Part shown: positions 42,128 to 56,930 of the stretch, piece by piece
How positions within the stretch are numbered: position 1 is the first letter of the stretch
Layout of the letters: each line of letters opens with the position of its first letter
Source: Octopus vulgaris
Taxonomy: Eukaryota
Assembly (NCBI GenBank): GCA_951406725.2
Contig: OX597830.1
Location: forward strand, 28,334,001-28,398,000
DNA: 64,000 nucleotides
Direction of reading: 5' to 3'
Translations under genes and position numbers: made by a program
The notes under the pieces: model-generated
What the model was told of the DNA's origin: nothing
Database searches by the model: none
Seen by the model: the letters and a program-made list of their open reading frames with translations, nothing else

Positions 42128-42155
42128 GCTACTACTACTACTACTGCTGCTGCTG

Positions 42156-42273
<118 letters not shown>

Positions 42274-42358
42274 GAATACTAAGAATACTACTGCTGCTGC
42301 TGCTACTACTACGACTACTACTGCTGCTGTTGCTGCTACTACTACCACTACCACTACC

Positions 42359-42425
<67 letters not shown>

Positions 42426-42772
42426 TCATGAGACCAAATTCGGCTGCCGTCAGCTTTTCCTTTCAATTTTTTAGGATTCGATAATTAAGTACCAGTTAAG
42501 CACTGGAGTCGAAGTCGTTGTATGTCCTCCTTCACCAATATGTCAGGCCCTGTGCTTCGGTTTTTTTTTATCATATTATCATTACTGGGAACCTAGCATG
42601 AGATTTTGTTGAAACTTTAAACGTCCTTTAAATGGCAGACCTTAGGAACGTATCGTTCAAATAACGGGATATAGTATACGTATGTTTTTTTATCTAAGTG
42701 TCCTCCTATTCAATTCCCCCACCTTACACTACTCTTACACGAGAAAGAAAAAAAAAATTCCACGATAACATT

Positions 42773-42806
<34 letters not shown>

Positions 42807-42991
42807 TCAAAACAAATACAACACCCCCGTAATAATCATCCACCGCTGCTGTCATCGTTATTTCACTTAACAAGGACTCCGCTATACGTATGTTAAGAGA
42901 CAAACAAACTTTCGTTGGGTGTGGCACTTTTATTAATATTGTCAATATTATAAATTCGGTTATTGTTATTGTTGTTGTTTTTGCTGTTGTC

Positions 42992-43111
<120 letters not shown>

Positions 43112-43272
43112 GTGAATGTCATTATACGTTTTAACCCGACAGTTTCTTTTTTTCTTTCTTTTGATGTTCTCATCTAAAAATGAGAAGACATTTTGCCAGA
43201 CGTGAATTCCCTCTCCTCACAGTAATTTTGCATTCACTGCCACATACTGACCTTCCTGCATATTCTTTCCCG

Positions 43273-43379
<107 letters not shown>

Positions 43380-44554
43380 TATTATTATTATTGCTATTAT
43401 ATATGCCATTGTTATTATTTTTATATATTCTATCATATTATTATTATTATAATTATTATTGTTATTATTATTATTATTATTGTTATTATTATTACTATTT
43501 TTGCGATATACATTCGTGTTATTGTTCTGTTTTATTATTGTTCAAAATGTTTATTGATCTTTTTTTCTTCTATTTCTTATGTTTGTTATAGTGGTTTTAT
43601 GTCTTTTTTTTTCTTTTATGCTGTACTTTTTCCCAGTTATCACTCATTGGGAAGAAAAGATTACAAAAGAAAGAACACATACAAAAAAACAACAACCCCA
43701 GAAAACAAGCAGAAAACAAACAAATCCAACATTGTAGTCTTTATGGCTGTGAGTTTCCTGATCAAAGAACGAGCAGCAAAATAATATTGATTATAAAATA
43801 ATAAAGACAAAAACCAACAAAGAACAACAGCAAAAAAAATCAGCTACCACGTTTAGAAAATGACTGAACTATGAACTCCATAATTTACTGATCGTTAAGA
43901 ATGGAAAGAAAGGCCCGAAACAATTATAGAATAAATATAATGAAAAAATGGCATTACGTGGATTTTATATTTATTTTGTTATTGAAAATATTCTTTGTTC
44001 TTGTATTTTTATTTACGTATTTTAAAAATTTCCCTCTTTGTTCATTAATTTATTTTCAACATCACACTTCAACGTTATTAACTCGCATGAACGGGAATGG
44101 GAAAGAAAGCTTGTGTATGGTTGTTAAATTTGCTAGAAGTACCAGCCAAATCCTTCTTATGGCATACTGTCAATTTATAATGAATAAAGAAGAATCTAGA
44201 ATATAAGGACGAAATGCTTATGATGACCATTCTTCGGCTTGATTTGGTCTCATATAAGATCAACAGCATTAATCATTTCCAGTAGTTCGACTGGTTGTAT
44301 ATTTTTCTCGGATTTGCTTTACAAATTGACAAAAGTGGTTGATTAAGAAGTTGGGTGTTTCGTGATTTTTTACGCAGTATTTGCCTTTATTCAATCAGAC
44401 TGAGGTACCCCCACATGATCAAGTATGTTGAAGCTTATAACTGATACTAAATATAGATGGAGCAGCTACCATTTTTCCAGCAAAATATACTAAATATAAA
44501 AGAAACAGGCGATACTGAAGTTTAGTAACAAAGTAGCTCTAATCGAGCGTATAT

Positions 44555-44942
44555 TCTTTCACTTTTCAGTCACTTGACTGTGGCCATGCTGGAGCACCAA
44601 CTTTAGCCGAGCAAGCGACCCCAGGACTTATTCTTTGGAAGCCTAGTACTTATTCTATCGGTCTCTTTTGCCGAACCGCTAAGTTACGGTGACGTAATCA
44701 CATCAGCATCGGTTGTCAAGCGATGTTAATGGGAAAAACACAGACACACAAACATATACTCACACATATATATATATATACATATATACGGTGGGCTTCT
44801 TTCAATTTCCGTCCACCAAATTCACTCACAAGGCTTTGGTCGACCCGAGGCTATAGTAGAAGACACTTGCCCAAGGTGCCACACAGTGGGACTGAACCCG
44901 GAACCATGTGGTTGGTAAACAAGCTACTTACCACACAGCCAC
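44555..44942 (-). mobile_element. SINE family B
   Basis: Reverse-complement match to 41168-41608. Confidence 0.9.
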
Positions 44943-46218
44943 TTTTACGACTTTTCTCTCGTCCTGATTGTTACGTCTTATATTTAGATTATGCACACAC
45001 AAACACACACAGGCATATATATTTAAAGCATTCGCTCCTTATACCACTGGAAGCGTAAGAGCTACTAGCCACATAGAATACATTATCAAATGTTTCCTTT
45101 AAAGCAATGTATGGTTTGAGGAAGCTATGAGTGCTATTTGTTATACTTCTTAAATGACCCCATGGAAACTTCCCTCAAAAAGCGTTCGAGATGTTGTTGC
45201 TGTGGTGGTAGCGAAGGTGACAGATGCGATCGTTGTCATTGACTCCTAGGTTAGCTCTGACAAAAATCAATGATAAAAGGCATTTTAACCGTGGCCATCC
45301 AACGTGTTGTTCGTTGCTTTTTATTCGTTAGATTGTGATTCGAGAGAAATTTGACTGCTGTTTCTAGCAGATTGAGGTGACGTAAATAGTGTAATATGAT
45401 CAACATGATACTACTGAATGTGTTATTGCTTTGTAATCAAGTATGCTATTGTCCTGAGTTCTAATCCTAATAAAGCTGATTTTATCTTTTGCTCTCACAG
45501 TATGATATACTTTATGTAGACAAAACCGAAGTGCTCAACGAAGAACGTCAGTATTGTAAAATGGAGTCCCATCCTTGTCTTTAGTATTGCTAATAATAGT
45601 AATCAAATCTTGCCTTAAACCTTTGGCAAAAAACCCCAAAACAAATGAAGTTAGAGCATGCATTAGATAATATAGTCTTCGATAAGTTATATCTGAAAAT
45701 AGGTGGTATAGTCGTGACTAAAATGCTTTGGTCATAAATCCAACAAGTCAAGGCTGAATTGGTGCTAAACGACAACAAGATATGTGGGAACAGTATTCAA
45801 GTCACAGTCACATGAAAATCGGACCTGAGTGTAAATCAATAACAATATAACACATTTAGCTTCACTTTTTATTTTGTTCTATTTACATTAATTTTACATT
45901 AAAATTATGACGTAACCAGTTATATTGCATTTGGAAGAAATAGAGATATTAACTCTTCTGTTTACAATAAGGACAACAACAGAAGCAATTATTTATGCAA
46001 AAGAACTTTCGTAGGGTCTATTGTTTTTGTTAGAGGACGTGTTGTTTAGTTCTGCGTCAACCTCGATCCGGTAGGCCTATGATAAGCTGTATTTCGGCAG
46101 TGATCAGGTAAAATTTATTCCCATACATATATAGCATGTCACTGAGTGCAACATAATGAAACAGGGGTTACAAATTCTTCTCCTTCTCTCTCTCTTTCCA
46201 TACACACACACCTACACA

Positions 46219-46282
<64 letters not shown>

Positions 46283-46311
46283 AAAAATGAGATGTGGAAC
46301 ATGAGTTGTGA

Positions 46312-46629
46312 TATATAAAAAAGGAAATGAAGTAAATGCTGACAAAATAATTTAAGTAAAGGAGAGTGTATTTAATTAGGTGAAAGTTCTTTTTACCGGT
46401 TCCGCATTTGTTATGCTTATCAAAAGATATTTTGAGTGAGATAGAGTTCCTTTCTGATAGATTTTTTTTCTCTTTGAGAGAAAAAAATCTATCAGAAAGG
46501 AACTCTATCTCACTCAAAATAACTTTTGATAAGCATAACAAATGCGCAACCGGTAAAAAGAACTTTCACCTAATTAAATACACTCTCCCTTACTTAAATT
46601 ATTTTATCAGCATTTTCTTCATTTCCTTT

Positions 46630-46640
<11 letters not shown>
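46312..46640. repeat. Near-perfect palindrome of about 330 bp
   Basis: Arms mirror each other around about 46474. Flanked by (TA)n. Confidence 0.95.
46523..46560 (+). ncRNA. Variant hammerhead motif (U3-A8 core); mirror copy at 46389-46427 on minus
   Basis: TTGATAA-GCAT(aacaa)ATGC-G[C/G]AA-CCGG-TA. Stem I is weak. Confidence 0.55.
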
Positions 46641-46686
<46 letters not shown>

Positions 46687-48214
46687 ATACAAAAATGAAA
46701 CAAGAACGCAAAACATCCACACAGTTAGGTGAAACAAAAAGAGGAAAACAAAATATCTAAACAGACGATACAAGTAAAAGCAAGGGCGGATCATTCGGAG
46801 TTTTCTATCCTCAGTCGAGTTCCAGATTATCTTTGCAATTTCGGCTGGTTATACTCGAGATTGCTCCAATCCGGCTAGCCCCAAGGAAAAATAAGTTAAG
46901 AGTATTACTTATATATAAGTCTATCTTTCCCTCCCTCACGTTCACGGTATAGGAGTAACTGCAATATTTCTAAACAGTACATTGTGTCCCATTGGTAAGA
47001 CACCAAGCAATTTGCTCCTGCCAAATATCGTTCTAGCACATCTTATTCGAAGATTCAAAACTGCTAGGGATTGGTTGTTAGTGTTGATCATAACCAGCTT
47101 GATCATCTTGCATTACAGACATACACATATACGAATACAGATATTATTTAATAAATATCTGTATTCTTATCCCTTCATATCAATGCTTGTCTTACCGTCA
47201 CTTCATGAACGCTGACATTTCGGCAGCTTATATCACCCTTCACTATTGCCTCAATCCTGTTCATTTGGAAGCATCAATTGCATGCAACCTAAACAGACTG
47301 CGCTAAATCCGTAGTCATTAGATTTACATCTTGTGGAAACATGTTTATCTTGCCTACTTCGAAACCAGGAAGACACAATCACAATACTGTATATTCACCT
47401 AAACACGATCAGTACGCCATTAAAAATCGCTTTTTGTTGATAAAGATATTTCGCGTTCTGCGAACGAACACCATCATATTGCAATGGCTGCGTCGCAAAA
47501 CTTTTCTTCTTCGAATCTACAAAAAGATTCATCATCTGCCTACATAAGTCCTGACAGTTCTATTAGCAAGCAACACCCTAATCATATTCCCTGCAATGGC
47601 TATATACACAGATATCCTACACTTCCGATTGATTGTCTTGGTGTCGCTCACAAACAATATAAACTTATCTTTCCCCCAAACATACTCTATCCATTTTCTA
47701 CCTATTGTATTATCCTCAAACATTTCCCACTCACTGCTCCCCTAACTCACGACATCCGCTTTCTATCCAATAAACAGAATCCGCTTTAGACACTACACTA
47801 AATCCTTTCTTCATAAGAGCTTGGAACCCACAGATTTCTCTCATTACATATGGTTTTGTTACAGACGTTTGATTTGCAGGCATACAAGAAGAATATTAAC
47901 TGTACCGGTCTCAACTGTATACAAGAAATATTAACTGGTATCGGTGGGCGCGAGGTAGTCCGGAGCACAGCAAGTACTTCCATAGATATAATTATATGTA
48001 TATAAATAAATATATAAACATGCACGTATATGTGTGTGTCTCTGTGTGCGTGCGCGCGCGTCTGTATGTATGTATACATGTATATATGTATATATATATA
48101 TGTATTTATATATATGTGTGTGTATGTATGTATATATATGTGTGTATGTATGTATATATATATATAATGTAAATATGTATGTATTGTACATGCGGTGCAT
48201 TTTAAGGCCTTATA

Positions 48215-48930
48215 CAAAGGTCTGAGTGTTCAGCTTTGTCAGTATAGTCTGCAGCTGTCTTGCCGTTACAGAGATGAGTAGAATGTCATCTGTTAATTAG
48301 AGGTGTATCAGTTGTTCGCCTTTGATGTTCATGCTACCTGTTCAGTCGATGCCTTTGTTGACTATTTCTAGGCATATGGTAAACAGCTTTGGAAAGAAGG
48401 TTGACACGCTTTTGAATTGGGATCCTTAATGATGGTAATAGCAGAGCTATATGTGTTGGCATCATCCGTTCGCATATCTTCTGAGCAGTTTGATGTATTG
48501 CACCTCGACACCTTGCATTTCAAGGGAGTCCAATACCGTGTTCATCTCGATGCTGTCGAAGTGCCTAGGTTATCAACGAAAACGAATCATTGAGGAAGCT
48601 TGTATTCGTTTGCACGTTCTATGGACTATGTTAGAGTGAATACGCTATCTCATTTCTTTTTCTGCCCACAAGAGGCTACACACTGAGGGAGCTACACACA
48701 AGGACAGACAAACGGATTAAGTCGATTATATCGACCCCAGTGAGTAACTGGTACTTATTTAATCGACCCCGAAAGGATGAAAGGCAAAGTCGACCTCGGT
48801 GGAATTTGAACTCAGAACGTAGCGGCAGTCGAAATACCGCTAAGCTTTTCGCCCGGCGTGGTAACGTTTCTGCCAACTCGCCGCCTTCTGTAATACTTAT
48901 TGACGCCTGCTTACTCTCTCTGATGTGGGT
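48215..48930 (-). mobile_element. RTE-clade LINE RT fragment (inverted), interrupted by a SINE
   Basis: Degenerate RE*AG, FTLT..IERANEY, FDSIE, QGVEVQYIKLL, PKLF and NIKGEQLIHL*LTDDILL motifs on the minus strand. Confidence 0.8.
48653..48887 (-). mobile_element. SINE family A nested in the RTE fragment
   Basis: Reverse-complement match to family A. The RTE motifs resume on both sides. Confidence 0.9.
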
Positions 48931-48939
48931 CGTCAAATT

Positions 48940-49515
48940 GTTTCGATAGCACAAGGAAAGCGATGAAAGAAGTACGTATAGTTTGGGCACATAATTAATA
49001 TGCAGCGAGATATGGATTTAAACAGAATAATGGCTTGATGCAAGGTATTTAACTTCATGAAGAGTGAGCTCCAAAGAAAGCCAAACAATATTATACGTAA
49101 CATACTCTTCAAAAGTTTCGTCCTACGTTCAGTCTTATACGAAGTGGATAGAATGTCAATTGGATACGGCAAAAACAACTATGGAAAGATCATTGCTAGA
49201 AACAGCATTAATAGAGCACATTCGAAATGAGATTATTCGAGAAGTGGGCGGAGTAACGATGTGGTCGCAGAGTACCGAAAGCGAAAGCCCCGCCGGGCTG
49301 GACATGTCGCAAGGCTCACAGATAACAGGTGAACCCATGCAGTTGACGAGTTGTATCAAAGAGATCGGAGAAGCCAACTTAGAAAGCTCCACGACGATGG
49401 AAAGGCGATTTAGAGAAGCAAGTTCGGTTCAGATGGAAACGAATGACGTAACTGAGACAGAATTGAAAGCTCATTTTATACAACAGCGACTGATGGTCTG
49501 GTCGATAGTGTGATA
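48940..49515 (+). mobile_element. RTE-clade LINE 3' region
   Basis: MERSLL...HIRNEIIRE and AGHVARLTDNR motifs typical of the RTE C-terminus. Ends at a (CA)n tract. Confidence 0.82.
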
Positions 49516-49522
49516 CTGCGGG

Positions 49523-49613
<91 letters not shown>

Positions 49614-50197
49614 CATACGTAGATATATACATATGTATATGTACAAACACACAGACACATTGACATACACACACACACACACACATATATGTAATTACCA
49701 AACGCCGGCAGCTGAGTTATAAATCTTCCGCTTTGAATTAAGTAATAAATTGAAAATACAAGGGGGGGCACAGAACCAGTATTTTCCTGTATAGCAAAAT
49801 CTTCATGGCGCTCTTCAGATATCTATTTACAAGGGGAGGTAACGGGTGAAGACAGATATTACGTAATAAAACAACGCTAAATGGATGACGACTCTGAACT
49901 GGAATATCAACAACGATGTGGGTATTAAATTAATTTTCTTTCTGTTTCTGTGTGTACGCTCGAACGCTGAGGGTTTAATAGAATGTAACGAAGGGTAGTC
50001 GAGTCTTCAAGGTTCCCTTGACCTCCTGCTAAATGATTAATGATATTTTTAGAGGTCAGTAATTACATCACGTTGTATATATTTGAGTGTATATAACTAC
50101 ATATGTATATGAGTGTGTGTCTCTAAATGTGTATACATATATACGTATGTATATATTTACGTATATGCTCACACACACTCGGACGTATATATATATA

Positions 50198-50237
<40 letters not shown>

Positions 50238-51269
50238 CAACGTTTTTGAAAGTGACATCTTTATCATATGCCAATGCTTTCGCTTTGTTTTATAAAGCAT
50301 GTCATGTTTTTATGTTCTTGCGTTTCATCCAAAGAAGTCATTAGTGTATAAAATTATTGTTTAAAGGGTATTATTTATCTACTTTTAATTTTTATAATTT
50401 AATTATTTATTTGTAATTTCTTTTTTTTCTTTGCTTAAATTTAAATCCTTTAATAGTTCTGCCTCCTTGGAGGTTAGATAAGCTTCATTTGAGTTCAGAT
50501 GTAGGTGGAAGAGGGAGGGTTTAACTTCACTGACTTTTAGTTTTATTTTTTAAATTTATAATGATATAATAGCGAAGCGAAATGCTGAACATGGAGAATA
50601 AACGGGTTAATTTAAACTTTATGTGGAAATAACAAATTGAAATTGCAACGGCAACTGTAAATTAGTTTATAATTAAAACTGCTTTAATTTTTATATTATT
50701 TAACCTTGCTCTCCACTCCCACCACATACAGACGCACAAAAAATGCAGAAAGAAAAGAAGTCGCAAAATCTATTCATGTACAAGCCGTCAACATTAAAAT
50801 ACACTGTGTATCAAATTTAAATGATGCTTTATAAAGTATGTAATGTAGGGCTAGAAGTACAATCTATGTGTACACTGTTAGGTATAGTCTTTTGTGCTAT
50901 GATTACGCAAGGAATGATTTCAAAATTGTGAATAGATTTAGATGAACACAAAAGGAAAATGATTAAACGTATATTTATGTCTACGGTCATAATATCAAAC
51001 AGGCATCAGCAATAAAGTTTTTTTGATTTAGGCACTTGGCCAACAAGGTTTGAGAGAGGGTTAGTAAATGCGATCTAAAATATCATTTAACTGTTGCTTC
51101 ATTTTCTCGACCTCCGAGGGGTAAAAATGTCAGTGTTGACCTCTTCATTATATGAACACGCAATATAGTGAAGTTGAACAAATAGCGCGAAGAATACACT
51201 GTCAGATCATTTAGAATTATTGAAGGTATCAAACAAATAATTCAGCGTGTCAATATTTTTGATGGTGTT

Positions 51270-51570
51270 ATTCTGCCGAAGTTGACCTTGCTTTCATCCT
51301 TTCGGGTCGATAAAATAAGTACCATTTGAAGGGTGGGGTTGATGTAATCGACTTACCAGCTCTCCCGAAATTGCTGGCTTTGTGCCGAAATTTGAAAATA
51401 ATATTTTTCACTCTGTTAAGTTTAGGAGCGTGCGGAATCGTTACCGCGCTGGACAAAATGCTTAGTGGCATTTCTTCCGGCTCTGTACGTTGTGAGTTCA
51501 AATGCCATTGGGCTCGGTCTCATCTTTCACCGTTTCAGGGTCGATAAATTAAGTGCTATTGTGACGGAGG
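51270..51570 (+). mobile_element. SINE family A fragments
   Basis: ttgctttcatcctttcgggtcgataaaataagtacc and a second head at about 51425. Confidence 0.75.
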
Positions 51571-51584
51571 TAAATCGAAATTAG

Positions 51585-51935
51585 TGGAGGTCTTCTACGT
51601 TGGCTTTTCCGATCTCTTTGATAGCACTCGTCAACTGCATGGGTTCACCTGTTAGCCTTGAACCTCGAGACATGTCCAGCACGGCGGGGCTTTCGCTTTC
51701 GGTACTCTGCGATCACATCGTTACTCCGCCCACTTCTCGAATAATCTCATTTCGAATGTGCTCTATTAATGCTGTTTCTAGCAATGATCTTTCCGTGGCT
51801 CTTTGCGACATAGTCAATTGACGTTCTATCCTCTGCGTATAAGAGCGAACGTAGGACGGAACTTTTGAAGAGTCTGGTTCGCATGGTATTGTTTGGCTTT
51901 ATTTGGCGCTCACACTTTACGAATTTGCTGACCTT
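51585..51935 (-). mobile_element. RTE LINE 3' fragment, same family as 48940-49515
   Basis: Reverse complement nearly matches 49060-49400 (cattcgaaatgagattattcgagaagtgggcggagtaacgatgtg). Confidence 0.85.
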
Positions 51936-52560
51936 GTATCTAAACTTGAAACCAATATATTTGATGTTGTTGTTACTCTTTAATCCCAGATCAGCCTTGG
52001 TCATAGTGGTTTCTTCAACATTGCAAACTAATTTGTCCAGCGTATCGTTTATTTCTCATTTAAGTAATGTTTTTCTGCTATTTCTAGCTGGTCGAATGAA
52101 CGAGTAGATGTCTCATCACCAGTCCGTCGGCAATGTCGCTTTTTTATGTAAGTACGCGGCTACAGATTTGATCGATATATAGAGTAAAATTGATTATTTC
52201 TTGGTAGATACGTGATATGCATTGGTTTGTAATATAGATACATGTTAAAATACTTTTAGAACTATAGCAGACATAAAATAGATTGCATCACCAACAGTAG
52301 CTGTCAGCCAGCAATTTAATCGGACAAGTTGTGGTGAAGTGCATTCATGTTCATTTTCGCTGCATCCCTCTTTAGCTTAGATTATTCAAACCACTATTAA
52401 CTGACGTTCCAATACTGATCGTCTTTACTGTTTGTGTACCGACGTCTTAAAAAATATAGCGGTTGAATGATAGAATCAAATATTTTATGTTAACTAGGTT
52501 AACTTTGCATTTGAGCCATTCGTTGATAAAACAGTGTAGCAATGGCGCACACACAGACGC

Positions 52561-52598
<38 letters not shown>

Positions 52599-53059
52599 GT
52601 GGTGTGTGTGTGTTGTTGTTGTATCTATGCTCACATCCACACACACACACACACACACTCACGCGTGCAAAACCCCATACACACATATAAATAATATGGG
52701 GGAGGGGGGCTAATTCGTAATTTTACAACATACAGGCAGAAATATACACATCACTACAGTGAAGAAAGACGCGGTGTGAGCCATCGATGAGCATTAAGAT
52801 GCATTAAGCATCAAAATGCGAAATTATGGTTGATCTGGCTATAGCTGTAACCGTAGAGAGATTGTCCCTGTTTTCAGTTCAGTAAGATAGTGCTTCTATG
52901 GCTATTGAGTTGCTTTGGCTATACTGGTGGTGATTAGTGCCCTTTCTTCTCTTTAGGGACGTATATGCATATATATGCTCATATATATGATGTATTCGAG
53001 TGTGATTACTGTGAATTTCGATTCATGTCTTCCTCTAGTATGACACCTAAATATGGGCT

Positions 53060-53400
53060 TTCGCCTTTCAAGAATTTGATAAATGTAACGTTTGTTCCCA
53101 TCGACATCAGAGAAGCTTTTGATACTAACTCGCATGCAAATATCCTATGAAAATCACCTGGGCTCCACACGTTTCTCATCTGTTGAATCGTTAGCTCTCT
53201 ATTACATGGTATTATCAAGGCTTGTTTTGACAGAGCACTTTCCATTTTTCATCCTACCACAGCTAGCATGTTCTGGGATTCCGTTTTTATCCCCCATTCT
53301 TTTTAAGCATCAACCACTTGTTTACTGAAACATTTCTCTATTACTGAAACCCCCTCTATTACGCCGATGACACTTGAATTTTTTCCCTAATCTTCTCGAA
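53060..53400 (+). mobile_element. CR1/L2/Jockey-group LINE RT fragment
   Basis: IDIREAFDT.SHANIL*K, LSPILF and LYYADDT motifs in the expected order. Confidence 0.7.
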
Positions 53401-54207
53401 CCATGCTTCATTAATATTCAGCTTCGACGTCAAACATTAAACCAGCACTGATTCCAGAATCTGAAGCCTCGAAAGCACCCGCATTCTTATGTATCAGAAA
53501 CCGGAAAACAGAAACCCTACACACACATATATATATATATATATAAATATATTTTCTCACCAGAACCCGCTTAACCACGAGCAATATACCATTAGATCTC
53601 TCAAACTTGCTCCAGATCGATATGTGTTACTATTGCACATGCTTCACGTATCTGGGGCTACATACTAATGACTAGCAATTTTCTCCGTGCGTAGAAACTA
53701 AATGAGACTTCAGCAACAACTGATTGCCTACCAACTTATGGTGCAGTCTACATATTATTGCTCACAGATGTCGACCAGAAACAGATGCTCACACTATTGC
53801 TCACAGATGTCGAACACAATTGGACAACCGACAGACCGGCAATCACAGCCGGGCTCTAGCCTCCGAGCGCAAACACAAGGTCTGTTCTCGCGGACTTATC
53901 TCGTTGTTTGACAGTGACCTCAGCTACTCACACTTTACGAGTTTCTGTTAACTGGATGTGACAGGAAGCTCAACATTCTCAATATACACTCCACTCTTTC
54001 ACTCATCTCTTTGTTGTCTTCATTCTCCAAATTCCAGCACTAATGTCTACGCTCAGTTCTCATAAGTTTTCTGGAATTCGCTCCACAGGAGTATTCAATT
54101 TTTTTTTTCGGCAGCTGTTGAGTAGCAAAGTTTTAAGAAGATCAATAATACCATCAATGTCATTGACTTTTCGAGGACTGCAGAAGTCACGAACACACAA
54201 ATGTGCG

Positions 54208-54391
<184 letters not shown>

Positions 54392-55470
54392 CATGTAAAC
54401 AGATAGGCGCAAGATACTACCATAAACGAAACATGTGACAAAGAGTGCCAAGACACCTACATTACTAGAAATATGAGTAAAATACTCCTTCTGCTGTAGG
54501 AAATGTGCAAATGTATGCAAATACGATGAAAGGGGAAGAAACCACCCATGACCGAGTCGAGGATCTCTGAAACTAGAGTTCTAGTTTCACGTATTTCCTT
54601 GGGCTTCGCCTGTGATAGACACCCAACCAGCTGGAGTCGGCTAATTCCGCCAGTCAGCATATATGTATTTACCATGAAAATCTATGGAAGGCTTAGCGGA
54701 AAGCGAATGCATGTACAAAAAATTAATATATACAGCTAGGTGCAATATAATATCATAAAAGAAAAATTCAATCGTCACTAAATGTGACTAAGGGAGTCGA
54801 GACACCTACATTGCTAGAAAACAGTAGTAAAATACTATGTGTATGTACATACTCTAATATATATATATCTGTGTATTTCCGGGCGGAATGACCCAAAATG
54901 CATGGAAAAAAATTCTGTTATACACACATCAAAATTTACGCTCCCACTCGCCCTCTAACTATTACCACAAATTCTTATACATACAGATGTATGTGCGTGT
55001 ACGCGTGTATATGGAAAAATATATATCTATAGATATGAATATATATATAGATATATTATATACACGAATAATTTGATATATGTGTGTGTCTTTGTAGACA
55101 GTGTGACATCAAAGGGTTAAGGCATAATCGTAATTCGATCAATTTTTTTTCTCTTTCCTTTGTTTACTCGTATTAAATTCGGTTTTAGTTGACTTTTATC
55201 GAATCAGAACTAAGTTTACAGTGAAAGTGCTATCATTCTATTTCAGTAAATAAATAACAAACTCGCCATTCAAATACTTTGTTGTTATGTTTTTTTTTTA
55301 CTACATGCAGAGTTGAATACATAAACGCGAATATACTTTTACATAGACGCATATACATGTAAACCATAAATTTCTTACTTTTTGAAGTATGTATTTAAAT
55401 GCGAGGAAAATGTTCATTAGTTGTTTGTCTACGTGTGTAAATATTTGTCCACAGTAATGCATATATCTTC

Positions 55471-55630
<160 letters not shown>

Positions 55631-55633
55631 ATA

Positions 55634-55673
<40 letters not shown>

Positions 55674-55706
55674 TATATGTATATATCAATGTAAATGTAT
55701 ATATCT

Positions 55707-55738
<32 letters not shown>

Positions 55739-55798
55739 ATTTCCATGTGTATATTTATATTCATATATATCTATATATATGTTTATGTGTGTGTGTGC

Positions 55799-55833
<35 letters not shown>

Positions 55834-56004
55834 CACACACACACATATATATGCATATTGTTTGTTTTTATTTTGGTTGCTTATCTATATGAACGTAGAA
55901 CAATCTATCAATATTTATACAGGTTCTGAGTGTGTATGTGAGTGCATGCATATCTGTATATGTGCGTATATGCGTATATGTGATTTGTGTGTCTGTGCTA
56001 GAGT

Positions 56005-56049
<45 letters not shown>

Positions 56050-56139
56050 ACATGGGACTGACAAATATACTAAAATTTTGTGTATATAAATATATGCCTA
56101 TGTGTGTTTATATATATATATATATGTATATATATATAC

Positions 56140-56203
<64 letters not shown>

Positions 56204-56584
56204 CCGCATCTCACTACACATGTTGAATAAAGCAATGAAATGTTTCAAAGTAACAGCAGAATTATACGGCAATCTCAATGCGAACTACTACCCGTGCTTC
56301 TCCACTATCTCTCCCATAACCTCTTCATCATCGTCGTCGTCATCAACAACAACAACGACAACAACCAGAACACAATAACAGCAGCAACAGGTACGATGAC
56401 GACTATAACTAAAACAAGAACAACAACTCCAACAACAACAACCACACCAAAAAACAACTGTATTGTCAGCTTCATGAAAAACATTTCGTCGAATACTAGC
56501 AGTTCAACAGAACAATGTGGTAGGGTGGGTTCGGTATACAAAGACGACGGATATAAAAACAATGGACTCCAACGTCACCGTAGC

Positions 56585-56687
56585 AATGATAATAAGAATA
56601 ATAATAATGATGATGATGATGATGATGATGATGATAATAATGGTAATAATAATAATAATTATAAAAATGATAATAAGAATACTGATG

Positions 56688-56761
<74 letters not shown>

Positions 56762-56930
56762 GATGATGATGATGATGAATATAATCGTCATCGATATCAT
56801 CCTCACCGTTATCATCATAATCACGATCATCACCACCATCATCATCATCGCTAACACCACCACCACCACCACCATCACCACCATCATCATCATCGTAGTC
56901 ATCGTCGTCGTCGTCGTCGTCATCATTGCC
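56585..56930. repeat. Compound (AAT)n/(GAT)n/(CAT)n tract
   Basis: Direct observation. Confidence 0.95.

Noticed and set aside
46785-46895. CTGAGGA and GAAATTGCAA on the minus strand
   Set aside because: Order and pairing do not give a coherent hammerhead. Probably a repeat of unknown class.
50232-50350. Very degenerate hammerhead-like strings on the minus strand
   Set aside because: Several core mismatches and no reliable stems, so indistinguishable from chance by eye.
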